From contig OZ024741.1 of NCBI GenBank assembly GCA_964016885.1, positions 94,550,001 to 94,614,000 on the forward strand: a stretch of 64,000 nucleotides of DNA, given 5' to 3'. Made by a program: the position numbers and the translations under genes. Below are positions 13,781-30,000 of this stretch, piece after piece. The notes under the pieces were generated by a model. That model saw only the letters and a program-made list of their open reading frames with translations. It did not search any database and was not told the DNA's origin. Numbering within the stretch: the stretch's first letter is position 1; the number at the start of each line of letters is the position of its first letter. This stretch comes from Eledone cirrhosa (Eukaryota).

Positions 13781-14611
13781 ACGGAATTGTTGATCATTTA
13801 TGAATTGTGCTCTATATTTGCTAAAATATGATTAACCAAGCCGTACACGTCCGCCAAATACAAGCAGATACACACACACAAAACAGAGAAAGACAAACAC
13901 ACACACACAAACATACACGTACAGACATACACACGCACAACACACAGACACACACAACACACAAACACACAAATACACACATACATAGGCAAAAACACAT
14001 ATGCAAACACACACTACACATACTTAAGCACACTTATATTCAGAACCCCGTCTTCAATTCACTTTCACTGATATCACCATTACTCTAATGTTAAAAAATA
14101 AAGAGCTCTTGGTGTGCTTCTGTTTGTCACTTGTCTTAAGATTTTCTTTATTTTTGTGGTAGAAAACATTCTCAAAATTCATTAAAATCATTGAAATATG
14201 TTCTCTTTCATATTTCCGAACAATTATTACATTATATGTTTAAGAAACAAAAACATTACAAATTCCCTTGATATTCATCTAAAAAAAATCTCAACTCCGT
14301 AAACAAGCTCATGGCAACATTCTTCATATTACAATTATGGGATTCAGCAAAACAAAATCTCTCTCCTGTAAATCAAATATGTTGATATACTATTTCTATC
14401 AATTAGATTTCAAACGAAAAACTGCGTTTGTATAATTTTAAAAATATGAACAACTTTTTAAAGGAGAAATCAAAACATCTGCTGCGGTAATATTAGCAAT
14501 AGAAACAATCTGTTTGTATGTCATTTCATTTGAATAATATTTGTTGGAACAATAGTTGTAATTATTACTGTCTTAATGCCGCCAACCTTTTTAGGTTAGT
14601 AGGTAGTTGAA

Positions 14612-14808
14612 AGTGGTGGTGTGGTTGGTGTTGGGGGAGGTGGTGCTGTTGTTCTATTGATGTTGATGGTGGTGGCGGTGGTGGTGGTGATGGTGGTGGT
14701 AATGATGATGATGATGGTAGAGGTCGTAATGTTTGTATTGCTGAAGTTGATGGTGCAAGTGAACATAGTTGGTGCGACTGGTTGTGGTGGTGGTGGTGGT
14801 GGTGGAGT
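14612..14808. repeat. (GGT)n/(GAT)n low-complexity tract
   Basis: Trinucleotide repeats visible directly. Confidence 0.85.
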
Positions 14809-15177
14809 GGTGTATTTTATATAGTTCGCATAATGTCAGTACATCCAATCGACACTTCCACCGTACTATACAACAGCTTCACATCATCCATACACCACCA
14901 CTCACTCTTTAAAAATACTAAAATATATAATTTTATCAAAACACTAACACATCACTTATATATCTGATTATACACTTCATATTATTAACATTATAATGTT
15001 ATTTATCTCGTCAGTAAAATTCATTATATAACAAACATTCCTGATGTCCCGAAAGGTCAGTGAATGTTTCTTCAATGCTTAACTTAACAAAACTAATATA
15101 CTGTCTAGCCCTACTAAACCGAAGAGACATCAAAAACTATAAACAGATCAACGTAAATCTAACATTATTTTCTAAGT

Positions 15178-15282
15178 CTCGCCGAGGTTAACTTTGCCTT
15201 TCATCCTTACGGGGTCGATAAAATAAAGTACCAGTAATGTACTGGATAATTGCTGGCCTTGTGCCAAATGTAGAAACAATTA
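15178..15282 (+). mobile_element. 5'-truncated SINE
   Basis: Family 3' half; ATTATTTTCTAAGTC target duplication. Confidence 0.85.
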
Positions 15283-16152
15283 TTTTCTAAGTCCTGTGTT
15301 TAACGAAGCATATACAAATAAAGCCTGGAAGGAGATGGGCTCCGCCAGGCTTAAGATACGGTGCCCCTACGACTCTATCGAGAGTTACGGGACCACACCA
15401 TATACGATACCATACAAATTAAGAGCCCTATTGCAAATATAGAAATATATATTTATGTAACTGTTTAGAAAATGGGACCAACATCTCTTGAAAGCGTTTA
15501 CTACTAAAAGCATGATTATAGTAATGTTCGAAGTTGGCAGCACCATTCTTACCACAGGTCAGGCTTCGCCCCATCTTACTCCTGCTGTATATTTTCATTT
15601 AATTTTTTATCAATTTAAATTTCGGAATTTTCTCCCTTACTTTCTTTGACGAGAATTCTCAATTACGCTAATGATTTTTTTTTTTTTTCATTACTGGAAC
15701 AGTTTTAATAGATTAAATTTATTTTGAAGTCACTGCAGTATTTTAATATTTTAATATTTTAGCACACACTTATCAATGTGTTCTTCATGCAAAATTTATC
15801 GATGTCATAATTTTAAAGTCCCTATTCAGTATCTAATTTACAAAAAATATCTGAATTATTCTAAAATCAAGTAAATACATGTTATATTATACTTCACTGA
15901 GAAGGTCTACTCTGGCCGAAACGTATCCGGTGTTATCACGGTACTTACTAATGATCATATTTACTTCCTACTGCACGTTTCCATATTCTCAAGACGCAAA
16001 TCAATATCAAAATACACTCTGAACCATTCATTAATTTATATCAGAGGCTATTTGAACTCAAACCAAAGAAGTTACACGATAAAATAAAGAACCAGTAATA
16101 CACTGGGGTAATTGCTGGCCTTGTGCCAAAAGTAGAAACAATTAATTTATAT

Positions 16153-16671
16153 CAGAGGTTCTCAAACTTTTTTGACCTCCACCACCCCTCCTCTTCACGG
16201 CCACGTAATACCCTCAGTGCCCCACCCCTATTTCCAAAGAGACCTTCCTACACGCAAATTGTAAATAATATATAATAAATAAAATCGGTAATTTATATAT
16301 AATAAATAATATAATATATACTATGCATGAATGAATATTACATTTTTTTTTTTATTTTACTATATTTATATACAATATGTATCATTAGAACCCTTTAGCA
16401 TTTACATTACTCTATACATACTACTGTATTTTGTGGTAAAGGCTTTATCTCGCATAATTATCTCACATAATATTGATTCTATGAAGTTTTGGTATTATTC
16501 ATTTTGAGAACAATACCTTAACTTCAGTATGAGTGGCCGGTTACAGCCGGTTTAAATGCTAGAGGGTTAATATACTATCATATCATCTCTCCCGCCCCTT
16601 AGGCCCCAACGTCCCTCTGGACCTTCTCGACGCCCCCCGCGGGGTGGTAACACCAACTTTGAGAACCTCTG
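16153..16671. mobile_element. hAT (Charlie-like) MITE
   Basis: TIRs CAGAGGTTCTCAAA / TTTGAGAACCTCTG; 8-bp TSD ATTTATAT / CTTTATAT. Confidence 0.85.
16391..16566. mobile_element. piggyBac-like MITE nested in the hAT MITE
   Basis: TIRs CCCTTTAGCATTT / AAATGCTAGAGGG, followed by TTAA (left TTAA degenerate). Confidence 0.7.
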
Positions 16672-18119
16672 CTTTATATAATAGAGGTGGTGTATTAACA
16701 TTGAAACTGATAGTATTACAAGTATATAATATTACAAGTATCAAAAAGATGGAAAGAACGTATACATGTATGGAATAAATTGAGAAAGGAATATTGAAGC
16801 TATTTTAAAGTTTTCCTCGGACACTAAAGAGTTTCAGCTAAATTAGTTAAATCCATCTACGTGTGCAGCATAGAGTAAATATGAGTTTTTTTTTTTCATT
16901 TTTCTAATAATATACAGTATTTCCCGGCGTCGAAGACGTTACTTTTTTCCTGTGCGGGTGTGTGTATGTGCATACGTGTGTGTGTATCGAACACTATCTA
17001 AACTATAATAAAGTAAGGAGTGCGGGACTGCATCCAGAATATTTTTTTTTATCCCGTTTGTAAAATTTGAATTACTTTGAATAAATAATGAATGAATATT
17101 ACATAATTTATCTACTAAATTTCGTTATTCTTGATTAAATATAAATAATTTTGTTGCTTATTTTAAGATTCACTTCTTTAAAATATTCAAATGTTAACAC
17201 TTCTGGTTAGCGATCGCTTAAATAAACATTCATATATTTCCGTCACTTATGTTCTCCTAATGCAGTTTATATATAATATCATCTTTTTTTTAATGTATCA
17301 TGGATTACTTTACTGATTAAATAAGACAGTGTAACGTAGTCTTCGTTCAATTTTTGTGTATATTGTCAATTACGATTTTATTTGATGTATCATATTTACA
17401 TGCATATATACTTGCGTATAATATCAATATGCACATTACTAGCAGGAAACCACCCGAAGGGTGGTTTTTCTGCTAGTAAACAGTAATTGAGAAAATCAGG
17501 TACTTTAGCGATTTTTTTCAGTTGTTATTATTTATAGTGATCGACTATTATTGTAGTCATTTACATTGGGTCGACTACATCTCAATTTTTTTAACGTTTC
17601 TTAAGTCAACCGGATGCTCATATATATATATATGTATTGTTATTGTTTATTTACTTTGTTGATTGTATGTGTATAAAGCTAAATAAAATGAAATTCGGCA
17701 ATTGAAAGTGACTTTAAATATCACAAGAAAAATATGTCATTTAATATGTGCGTATGCAAGTTTATATATATATATGTGTGTGTGTGTTGTTTATGTATTG
17801 TCAAAACTCTTTTGTCACACATTCTGTGACCTGCTTAGTAACTGTTTTTTTTATTTTATTTTGTGTCTCTCCTTTGTTATGTCCTATACCATCTTGTTTT
17901 TGTGTGTTGTGTGTTGTGTGTTGTGTGCTTAGTTTGCGCAGACGATACATCTGGGTGCATGTGTGTATTTTTTTATTTTTTTATTTATGTGTTTATTTAC
18001 TTGTCGCTAGCTGGTTGTTTGTTCTATCTGTGTGTGTCTGGTTTGTTTTGCTAGTTTAGTTTATGCGTGTGTGTGTGTGTGTGTATGTCTTCTTTTTGTC
18101 CTTAATTACTAGTTGTGAT

Positions 18120-18790
18120 GTTGCTATTCCACTCCTGTTTCTTGTTTAATTTTAGTTGGAGGAGTTCGTTTATATTTGTCACCTCTGTGATTTGTCTGAG
18201 CATTGCATCTTTTCTGTGTGTGGATATAATTTTTATCTCTGTGTTCTCTAATGTGTCCCTATGTTCTATTTTGGCATGTTGGTGGAGTACTGATGAGTTT
18301 TTCCCATCCTGGAGTTCTCTCCAGTGTTCACTTATCCTTTCTCCTATTCTATGGGCTGTTTCACCTATGTATGTTATGTTCTTATTCCTTCACTGTCCCC
18401 AGTATATCTTCTGCTATATACTACGTTCTTAGTTTTGCAATTAGTTTGCTGGCTTAGCTTGCAAACTATGCATTTCCTATCAGCACAGGGGGATCTTTGA
18501 AATGGGTGTGTTTTACTAATTAGGGTTTTATGGGAATACTTGGTCTTTCAACTATCTTAATATTTAATTTGTGCTTGTCTAGTGCACTTCTAAATATGTA
18601 AACTAGTTCGCCTCTAGAGGTTGTACTGACGAACATTACACTCTGGTATTTATTGCTATCATACCATGGGTTTATTTTATTTGCCTTATTCCTAATCCTT
18701 TCTATTCTGTTACAAAATTTGCTCCTATACATTGGCAAGTTCCATTTGCATAATTTTCTACAATCTTTGCACATTTTGGGTATATAAACG
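18120..18790 (-). mobile_element. Penelope-like element, degraded linker plus GIY-YIG endonuclease
   Basis: Frameshifted SVMFVSTTSRGEL...IKIVERP, then YIGETAHRIGERISEH...SVLHQHAKIEH and LNKKQEWN. Confidence 0.75.
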
Positions 18791-18804
18791 AGCCAGAATC
18801 AATG

Positions 18805-19320
18805 AATAAATATATTAGTTTTACGCTGGAAATAGTAGGAAAAGAGTCTTAACGTTTCGGACGTTCGTCCTTCATCAGAAAATAGAATAAGAAAAAAAGA
18901 AAAAAAATAGACAGATTGGGGAGACGGACAGTGGCGGAAACGAAAAATAATAAGTCCGTTCATGTCGCCATCTCTAGGAAAACTGTTGATGCCGGCGTTT
19001 TGCGTAAGATATACTTGCTTTAAAAGGTGGCGATCAAGCGCATCTATTTGAAAGGGGAAAAAACGTTTTGTATATAGAGCTGTACGTGTGTGTGTGTTTG
19101 TAAGTATGAAGCTGTGTGTTAGTAGTTGGTCCGAACAGAGCTGTGAAAGTAAATGTAGAGGTATGTGTGTGTTTTGTTGGTCTGTATAAGCTATAAAAGT
19201 GTATTTCTGACCATAACAGAGCCATAGGAACATGGGGGAGGGAGAATGTGCGTGTGCGTGTGTGACCAAGGACAAGGTAAGGGTGACAGTGGCGATGGGT
19301 AGTGAAGTAAGCACGAGCGT
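18805..19320 (-). mobile_element. Non-coding pLTR-like repeat ending in a hammerhead
   Basis: Homologous to 29345-30000 and 49480-49610. Confidence 0.65.
18847..18882 (-). ncRNA. Minimal type I hammerhead ribozyme
   Basis: TTTT-CTGATGA-A-GGACG-AA-CGTCC-GAAA-CG-TT-AAGA; palindromic ACGU stem III. Confidence 0.72.
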
Positions 19321-20124
19321 ATGTATATATGTGTATATATGTATGTATGAATGTATGCATGTATGTATGCATGCATGTATGAATGTATATGTATGTATCT
19401 ATGTATGTGTGTGTATCTATGTGTATGCAGAAGAAAAAATGTTTGAAATTAACTTATATGAAAGCTAAAATAGAGAACAGCATTGAATTTAATATACTTT
19501 TTTTTCTCTGAAAGAGAAAAAGAAATTGCCAAGAGACTAATTTATTACATATTTTATATAGTTAGAAAGGCAAATGTGAGGTAATAACGACATAGACTAA
19601 AAAGTTAGCAGATGCTGACATATTTATTAAACCCGATGATAGTAAAAAAAAAAGTAAGTGAAACTTTAAAATTTGACAGGAAAATACGATGTAAAAAAAT
19701 AAAAAGTAAACGACATTGCAACGTTATGCGTCGATATATTTGGAGAAAAATGTTATGAGATAGACGAAATATTTTAGCTAAAAATAAAAATTACATTATA
19801 TATATGCACTATGTACAAACTACAAAATAATTATGAAGTTGTTTAAAGCTTATAAGATTATATATAAAGCGTGCTATTACCTGTGAAATGTGTACTTGTT
19901 CGGAGGAAAAAAATAACTTGAATATTTACACCAAGTATCAAAAGAATATAATATTATAGCTACTTAGATATTAAGATGCTATTAATACTTCAACCTATCT
20001 TGTGGAATGTCACGAGATTTGAAACGTAGGTACCGTTGTACGGCTTATATTTGAAATTAAAGTAAATATCCTCTACATTAAAAAATATATTGAGTTTTTC
20101 ATGTATGACTCGCCATTAAGAGTA

Positions 20125-20205
<81 letters not shown>

Positions 20206-20299
20206 AAAGTGAGTTTTTTTTTACAAAATGAAAAATAACCGACGTGTTCTACACGAGTGAAACTATAAGGAAAAAAGATGAAATCGAAAATGCAACTGG

Positions 20300-22744
<2,445 letters not shown>

Positions 22745-22745
<1 letters not shown>

Positions 22746-23845
22746 TTGAAACAAGACCCAAGAATGAAAAAAGCCCTTGAAACACACAAAATAATCAAAA
22801 GCAAAAGACAACCGAAATCACTAAAAACATTACTCACCAATGCCAAATTACCTACCCCAAACCCACAACCAACTGTCAAAAAATGTGGTCGCTCTAATTG
22901 TGGAGCCTGCACTCACCTCATTGAAGGCAACACGTATACATTTCAATCAGGACAAAATTTTGCTGTAAAAAATCACTTCACTTGCTCATAAAAAAATCTA
23001 TTTTATGCCATTAAATGTAAAGGATGCAATGAAGATTATATAGGACAAACTAAACTCACACTCAGAAACAGAATGACAGTTCATCGCCAACAATTACGAG
23101 ATCCAACCACGAGACAGATACCACTAAGTGCACATCTAGACATATGCGCAAGTAATAAGACACCCAAATTCCAAGTCTTCCCATTTCACCTTTGCGCTGA
23201 CAATACAACAGAACAAATACGAATAAATAAGGAAAATATGTTTATTCAAAAATATAGACCAGCATTAAATATAGTTTAATATACACCATAACATGCTAAC
23301 CATCCAAACAGACACATACATACACACACACATAACACCTTCTACTTTAGAAAATAAAAACCCGAACTAAATAAACCTTAACATACGTTAATACTCTAAC
23401 ACCTTAACATGCTAACCACACACACCCACACACACATAACTCCCTCCCCCATTTCTACTAACGGAATCATTTTCCTACACACACACACACAAAATATATA
23501 TATTCTCTTCATCTTAACATGCTAACCATACTCCCACACACATATAACACCCCCCCCCCACACACACACACAACTCCCTCCCCCATTTCTACTAATAGAA
23601 TCACTTTCCTACACACATACACACACAAAATATATATATTCTCTCCATCTTAACATACTCGCACCCCCCCCCTCCCCCACACACACATAACACCCATACA
23701 CACACAACTCCCTCCCCCATTTCTACTAATAGAATCATCTTCCTACACACACACACACACACACAACCAGACAAATAAACATACCTATCTCTACTTTCTT
23801 TATTTCAATAGAAAGTCTGAATTCTGACACCCCAGCGAACCAACC
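22745..23845 (+). mobile_element. Inverted copy of the PLE GIY-YIG region and 3' UTR
   Basis: KKCGRSNCGACTHL (CX4CX2C linker), YAIKC...YIGQT, ENMFIQKY...LN; reverse complement of about 20870-22074. Confidence 0.9.
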
Positions 23846-23942
23846 AGAGTCTTTTTAAAAAATATATATATATATTTATTTAGTTCCTTTACCGGTTTCG
23901 CAGTTCTTCTGCTTTTCAAAAGTAGAATTGAGATGGAGGGTC

Positions 23943-25667
23943 ACCACTACATAGGATCCACAGCGACGAGCTTCAAAGATAGGTGGTATAACCATCGCCA
24001 TTCCTTTAACAGAATAGATAAGAGGAAATGTACGGCCCTTTCTGAATTGATCTGGAAGCTCAAACTTGAAAAGACCCCGCACTCTCTGGTCTGGTCCGTG
24101 GTTAGAAAGGTTCGCCCAGACAGAGGCGGGTCTGGTATTTGCAACCTCTGTCTTAGTGAGACACTCGAGATACTTCATGGCGGAACCAAGTTATTAAACA
24201 GAAGGGCCGACTTATTCGGTGCCTGCAGACACCTAAGGACGGGAACTTTCCTCAAGCTATATGGATAAACCCCGGTTAAGGCCTCCCACAACGCCCCCCC
24301 CCCCCCCCCCGTAGGTCCCCTACACCCCGTACCAATGACCAATGGACAACAACCACCCATAGTTTGTGGTCCCTATGGTTAGGAGTCAACTACTGGTTAG
24401 GAGTCAACAAAACTACGTTTATTGAACCTGAAGAACCCCCCCCCCTGGAGCGGCCCACACAGGAAGAACAATTATCCCAAGGTACTAACCCTATACGCAT
24501 GAATGAGTGCCCGCAACTGTGCATTGTGTGTGTATACTGGGACTGCGTGAATGTACACACTCATGTGAACGCAACAAAATACTAACACCCCAGGTTGGAT
24601 TTGATAAATGTTCGAGTGTATGCTTAAGAGTATATTTGTATATGCTCTCTTGTATGAGTGCACATGTGTATATAGACATACACGCGCATCCTGAAGTATA
24701 AAAGTGTGGGTGGGTATATATGTCTGTACTAAGAGATTCGCCTAAGCTCCAAAGCCCCCAAGCTATTGCTGTGAAGATATATATCACACTCTACTTTGTC
24801 TAGTCTAAACAATAACTTTTCCAAACACCCACTTTACTTTTCTTTAAAAATAACACCCTCCTATTTTTATGTCTGCCTTATACTTGGATTTGGGGGCCTC
24901 TGTTGTATATATATATACACTTGTGCCTACATATATATATATACACACCTGTATGGATTTGTGTGTGTAGATGTGTGTGTGTCTGAGGGGGTAGGTGTAA
25001 GTGTATGTAGAAGTCAACCAACATAAGTCTTTTTATTTCTAAAATGTCTAAACTTTCTAAGTATTTGACTCTAACCATTATTTTAAGTATTACCACCCCA
25101 CATTAATTCCTCAATTTGTATGTGTGGATGTGTGTGTGTGTCTGTGGAGGTGGGTGTGAGTGTATGTGCAAGTCAACCTACAAAAGTCTTTTTATTTGTA
25201 AATTTTCTAGTATTCTGCTCTAACCATAATTTTCAGTAGTACCACTCCACATAAATTCCTCATTTTAAGAATGACCTGTAGTATCTATTTCATACTATTA
25301 ACCTCAATGGAATATATATCTGACCAGGAATGCTTTTTGTGAAAATCAGTCATATGGAACTATTGTCATCTTGCCTGACGGTTTGAAATTTACAACACCA
25401 CCTGCCTCTTTGAGGTCAAATACTAACCCTACTAGGATCTACAAACTGACCAATGAGAATTAAGACTATTCCTGCTGACAACATTAAATTATTCCTAACA
25501 AGCTCATTGTCCCAAGGCTCTGATACCATCAACACCATAAACACAGAGCTGGCATATCTAAGAACTGACTAACTGCCTGATGAGGTCATAGCCATTCAAT
25601 GGCTATTATCGAAATATATATAGCAGTAAATAAAGGATTATGAGTTCATGCAATTGACTTATGTTTC

Positions 25668-25672
<5 letters not shown>
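23943..25672 (+). mobile_element. 5'-truncated PLE (Naiad-like GIY-YIG C-terminus, long 3' UTR, terminal HHR)
   Basis: YIGSTATSFKDRWYNHRHSF...TALSELIW...CNLCLSE...LLNRR...CRH (to 24268); HHR at 25572; ends in (TA)n. That the whole UTR belongs to this ORF is inferred. Confidence 0.72.
25572..25627 (+). ncRNA. Type I hammerhead ribozyme
   Basis: ACTGC-CTGATGA-GGTCATAGCCATTCAATGGCTATTATC-GAAA-TATATA-TA-GCAGT, then AAATAAA. Confidence 0.88.
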
Positions 25673-25759
<87 letters not shown>

Positions 25760-25855
25760 TATATATGGATAATTTTAGGTGTGTTTACGTTCAGATCTGG
25801 CAATTGACGGTCTTATTTATACACGCGCAAACTCATACACACATGCGCACGCACG

Positions 25856-25945
<90 letters not shown>

Positions 25946-26086
25946 TACATGTATATATATATATATATATACAAATATGTAAATGATGCAATACTGATTC
26001 TTTGTTCCCTTTTAATATATATATATATATATTAAAAGGGAACAAAGAATCAGTATTGCATCATTTACATATTTGTGTGTGTATAT

Positions 26087-26135
<49 letters not shown>

Positions 26136-26754
26136 TTAAATCAATGAAATAAAAATTCAAGTCATTAGAAATATACTTCACTGCTTTACGATCGTTTCTA
26201 GGTGATAATAATACATCGTACACATATTTCGTTATCGATATATGTAAGGTTAGTGACAAAATATCAGATAAGGTATATTTACTTACATGTATATCATCAG
26301 CTGTTGTCAAAAGCAATGAGAATTTTATTCAAAATCAGTAGTAAATTGAGTTCTATGACCTTATTTGGAGCTAGCTGAAGAACTAACCAATCAAATTGTT
26401 TTTTTCCCATATGATGTTAAGATGAAAAATAACTCACTTTAGTTGAGGTCATGACCCTTTGAAAGTAATGGTTGAATGGTGTTAAAAATATAATTGCTAT
26501 AAAGAACCTATGATGAAAAAAGGGATTGTTATATTGATAGTTGAATGTATATGGTATAGTGAAGTTTAAAAGGAATGTAAAAATTAAATGTTTTTACCGG
26601 TTTCACAGTTCTTCTGCTTTTCAAAAGTAGAATTGAGATGGAGGGTCTGTATATATATATAGTAATAATAATAAATTTGAAGACTAAAATCCAAAGAGGG
26701 CTCGATAAGGATAAATATATATCAAATATATAAGAACCGTAGAGCAAATGTTTA

Positions 26755-27565
26755 TTAAAATAACAGATTAAAGTTTAAGCAAAGAATCGCTGCTTTCACC
26801 TTTAACGGGATCTTCTGAAACTAAAAAAATCAATCTGTGGACGCAGAAGTAAATATTTCGAAAAACGTTGCAACCGAAGGGAGACAGGAAAACGATACTT
26901 TGGTTCGTGGAAACGTTCCCTGGCAAAGAACAGAAAAAAACGAAGATAATACGTGATAATATTTGGATAATACGTGAAAATATTTGGAGCGGTGAAAACA
27001 ATTACACGCAAAGACAAAACCACGTTTATGGTATAACTGAAGTGATAGGCTAAAATTCTATTTAGGAAATCGAATGATTCTCGGCTTCAGAGTTAAGAAT
27101 AATGTAAATAAATTACAGAGGCTATTGAAATCAACAATAATTAAATAAATACATGCACGCATCCATATACGTACATACACATGCATACGCGAAAACACCC
27201 GCCATGGGTATGCAAATGTGCATGTATTTATTTAATTATTGTTGATTTCAATAACCTCTGTAATTTATTTACATTATTCTTAACTCTGAAGCCGAGAATC
27301 CTAAATAGAATTTTAGTCTACGACTTCAGTTATACCATAAACGTGGTTTTGTCTTTGCGTGTAATTGTTTTCACCGCTCCAAATAATGACGTATTATCTT
27401 CGTTTTTTTTCCGAACCAAAGTATCGTCTTCCTGTCTTCCTTCGGTTGCAACGTTTTTCGAAATATTTACTTCTGCGTTCACAGATTGATTTTTTAGTTT
27501 CAGAAGATCACATTAAGGGTGAAAGCAGCGATTCTTTGCTTAAACTTTAATCTGTTATTTTAATA
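26755..27565. repeat. About 400-bp-arm inverted repeat with hammerhead-like motifs at the outer ends
   Basis: 26755-27157 is the reverse complement (with indels) of 27218-27565; motifs at 26772-26822 (-) and 27496-27546 (+). Confidence 0.8.
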
Positions 27566-27578
27566 AATAAATATATAT

Positions 27579-27683
<105 letters not shown>

Positions 27684-27914
27684 TATAGTATTGACAAACT
27701 TCCATACACTTAACATGTATGTGCGACCATTGATTTTGGGGTCCAGTTATGGCCACCATTGTATATTGGAGGAAGCAGTTTTAAACTGGCCCTTCCACGG
27801 GAATGTGGAAAGATATATGAAAAGGGAAGTACTTTCCACCGACAATTTTTTTCTCCGAACAATGGAGATCTTCATGTTTGAAACAAGGGAAGCAAATATG
27901 GCTGTAAACTAATT

Positions 27915-28010
<96 letters not shown>

Positions 28011-28026
28011 TATATATATATATAAA

Positions 28027-28745
28027 CGTAATCTGAGTTTTTCGAATATTAATAATAATATTCGATTCGTTTGCAATTATGCAAACGAGCCTCATTTTTA
28101 AAGCCATGTCAGTAGAATGAGCCCCTCATTCTTGCTCTTGTGAAGAGTAATACCCAGAAACATTAGTGTCTGCAGTTCTGTTTACATGCCAACACAAGAG
28201 CAAGAATGAGGGGCTCATTCTACTGATATGGCTTTAAAAATGAGGCTTGTTTGCATAATTGCAAACGAATCGAATATTATTATTAATATTCGAAAAACTC
28301 AGATTACATTTATTGTATTCAGCCATGTAGAGCGAACATTTTTCTTCTTTTTTTTTAATGTGGCAAAGCCGGCCATTGATCGCTCGTATACAGGAAACTG
28401 ACTAGCCAGTCTGTTGATATACAAATCTGGCTGATCAGTGGATCTGCTAATATGCAATTCAGGCTGATCAGTCACTCTATATTTTAGAAAATATCATATA
28501 TTTTCACTAGCCCTGGCAGTTGGCAGGTGAACAGTGAACTGTACTGATGAAGGATAATACCCAGAAGCATTAGTGTCTGCAATTCTGTTTACATGCCAAC
28601 ACAAGAGCAAGAATGCGGGGCTCATTCTACTGACATGGCTTTAAAAATGAGGCTTGTTTGTATAATTGCAAACGAATCGAATATTATTAATATTCGAAAA
28701 ACTCAAATTACATTTATTGTATTCAGCTATGTAGATATGTAGAGC
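28027..28745 (+). mobile_element. HHR-bearing tandem repeat (retrozyme/pLTR-like) with 5' inverted arm
   Basis: About 407-nt period between GUC sites at 28170 and 28577; 28027-28142 is an inverted copy; family also at 49803-50530, 51645-51845 and 61225-61505. Confidence 0.78.
28537..28584 (+). ncRNA. Type I hammerhead (one core substitution, GAAG)
   Basis: AACTGTA-CTGATGA-AGGATAATACCCA-GAAG-CATTAGTG-TC-TGCAATT; the family consensus is canonical. Confidence 0.72.
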
Positions 28746-28752
28746 AAAATTT

Positions 28753-28849
<97 letters not shown>

Positions 28850-29344
28850 AAATTGGCATATAGAGTGAAGTACACACAGAGATATGTGTTCAATCATAGG
28901 GGATCAAAATCACCAGAGTGACGAACATATTATCTACGGAGGGAATGGTGAATACAAATCAATTAAAAGAATATATTAAAGTATACTACCCACCCAATTA
29001 TAACAATAACACCCGGACATGTTCAAATAAGAGAATGTTTCGCTATAAAAAGTGAAGAATCGTTATTGTAGATGTAGCTCGTCAGCGGGTGCCTAGCAGT
29101 ATGATCAACACTTCTAAATATATATCAGTGGGTGCCTATGATTGAACACATATCTATATGTGTACTTCTCTCTATATGCTGATTTATAAAGAGCCCGGAA
29201 TCTATCCCTTGTGCTCATTAAATCATAGGGGTTAAATGTAAGTCTTTAACTCCATCTTTTAATTTGATATATATATATATGTGTGTGTATGTGTGTGTAA
29301 AAGGTAAACAGAAATAACAACATAATCGGTACAGTATATGGAAG

Positions 29345-30000
29345 GGATATATTAGGTTAACGCTTGAAATAGCAGGAAGAGGGTCTTAACCTTTCGGACG
29401 CTAGTCCTTCATCAGAAGAAAGAATGAGAAATTAGAAAGATTGAAGGGATGGGCGGATGGAATTGGAAAAAATGTCTTTAGATAAAAATAACAGGTCCAT
29501 TCATGTTGACATCTCTTGGAAAACTGTTGACGCTGACGTTTTGTGTATGATTTATTTTTTAGAAAAGTGGCTGATGGAGCGCCTGAAATGGAAAAAAAAA
29601 CACTTTGTATAAAGAGTTATACGTGTGCGCGTGCATATGCGTGTTTGTGTGTGTGTTATTATACGTCCGTACGAAGCTAATGTATATGTAAGTAAAAGAG
29701 TGTGTGTGTGTGTGTGTGTGTGCTTGTAAGTACGAAGCTGGGAGCAAAAGTATGTTAATATAAGGGTGTGTACAGAGCTGCGAAGGGAACAGTAGAGGTG
29801 TGTGTGCGTATTTTGTTGGTCTGTATCAGCTGTAAGAGTATAAGTTTCTGACTATAAGAGAGCCATAGGAATCTAGGGGTGAATGTAGAAGCGCGTGTGT
29901 GATAACGGAAGGAGTAAATGTGACTGGGCAAAGGGTAGAGAAGTAAACACAAACGTATATGTGTAATATTAAAGAAATTAGGGAGGGGAGTTGAGTCCAT
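29345..30000 (-). mobile_element. Non-coding pLTR-like repeat with hammerhead at 29384-29419
   Basis: TCTT-CTGATGA-AGGACTAGCGTCC-GAAA-GG-TT-AAGA; homolog of 18805-19320. Confidence 0.65.

Noticed and set aside
15893-15942. CTGAGAA-GGTC/GGCC-GAAACGTATC hammerhead-like motif
   Set aside because: Core one nucleotide short and stem I ambiguous; at best a decayed copy.
22746-22912. N-terminus of the 203-aa minus ORF
   Set aside because: Antisense read of the inverted GIY-YIG arm; the chimeric ORF is created by the inversion junction.
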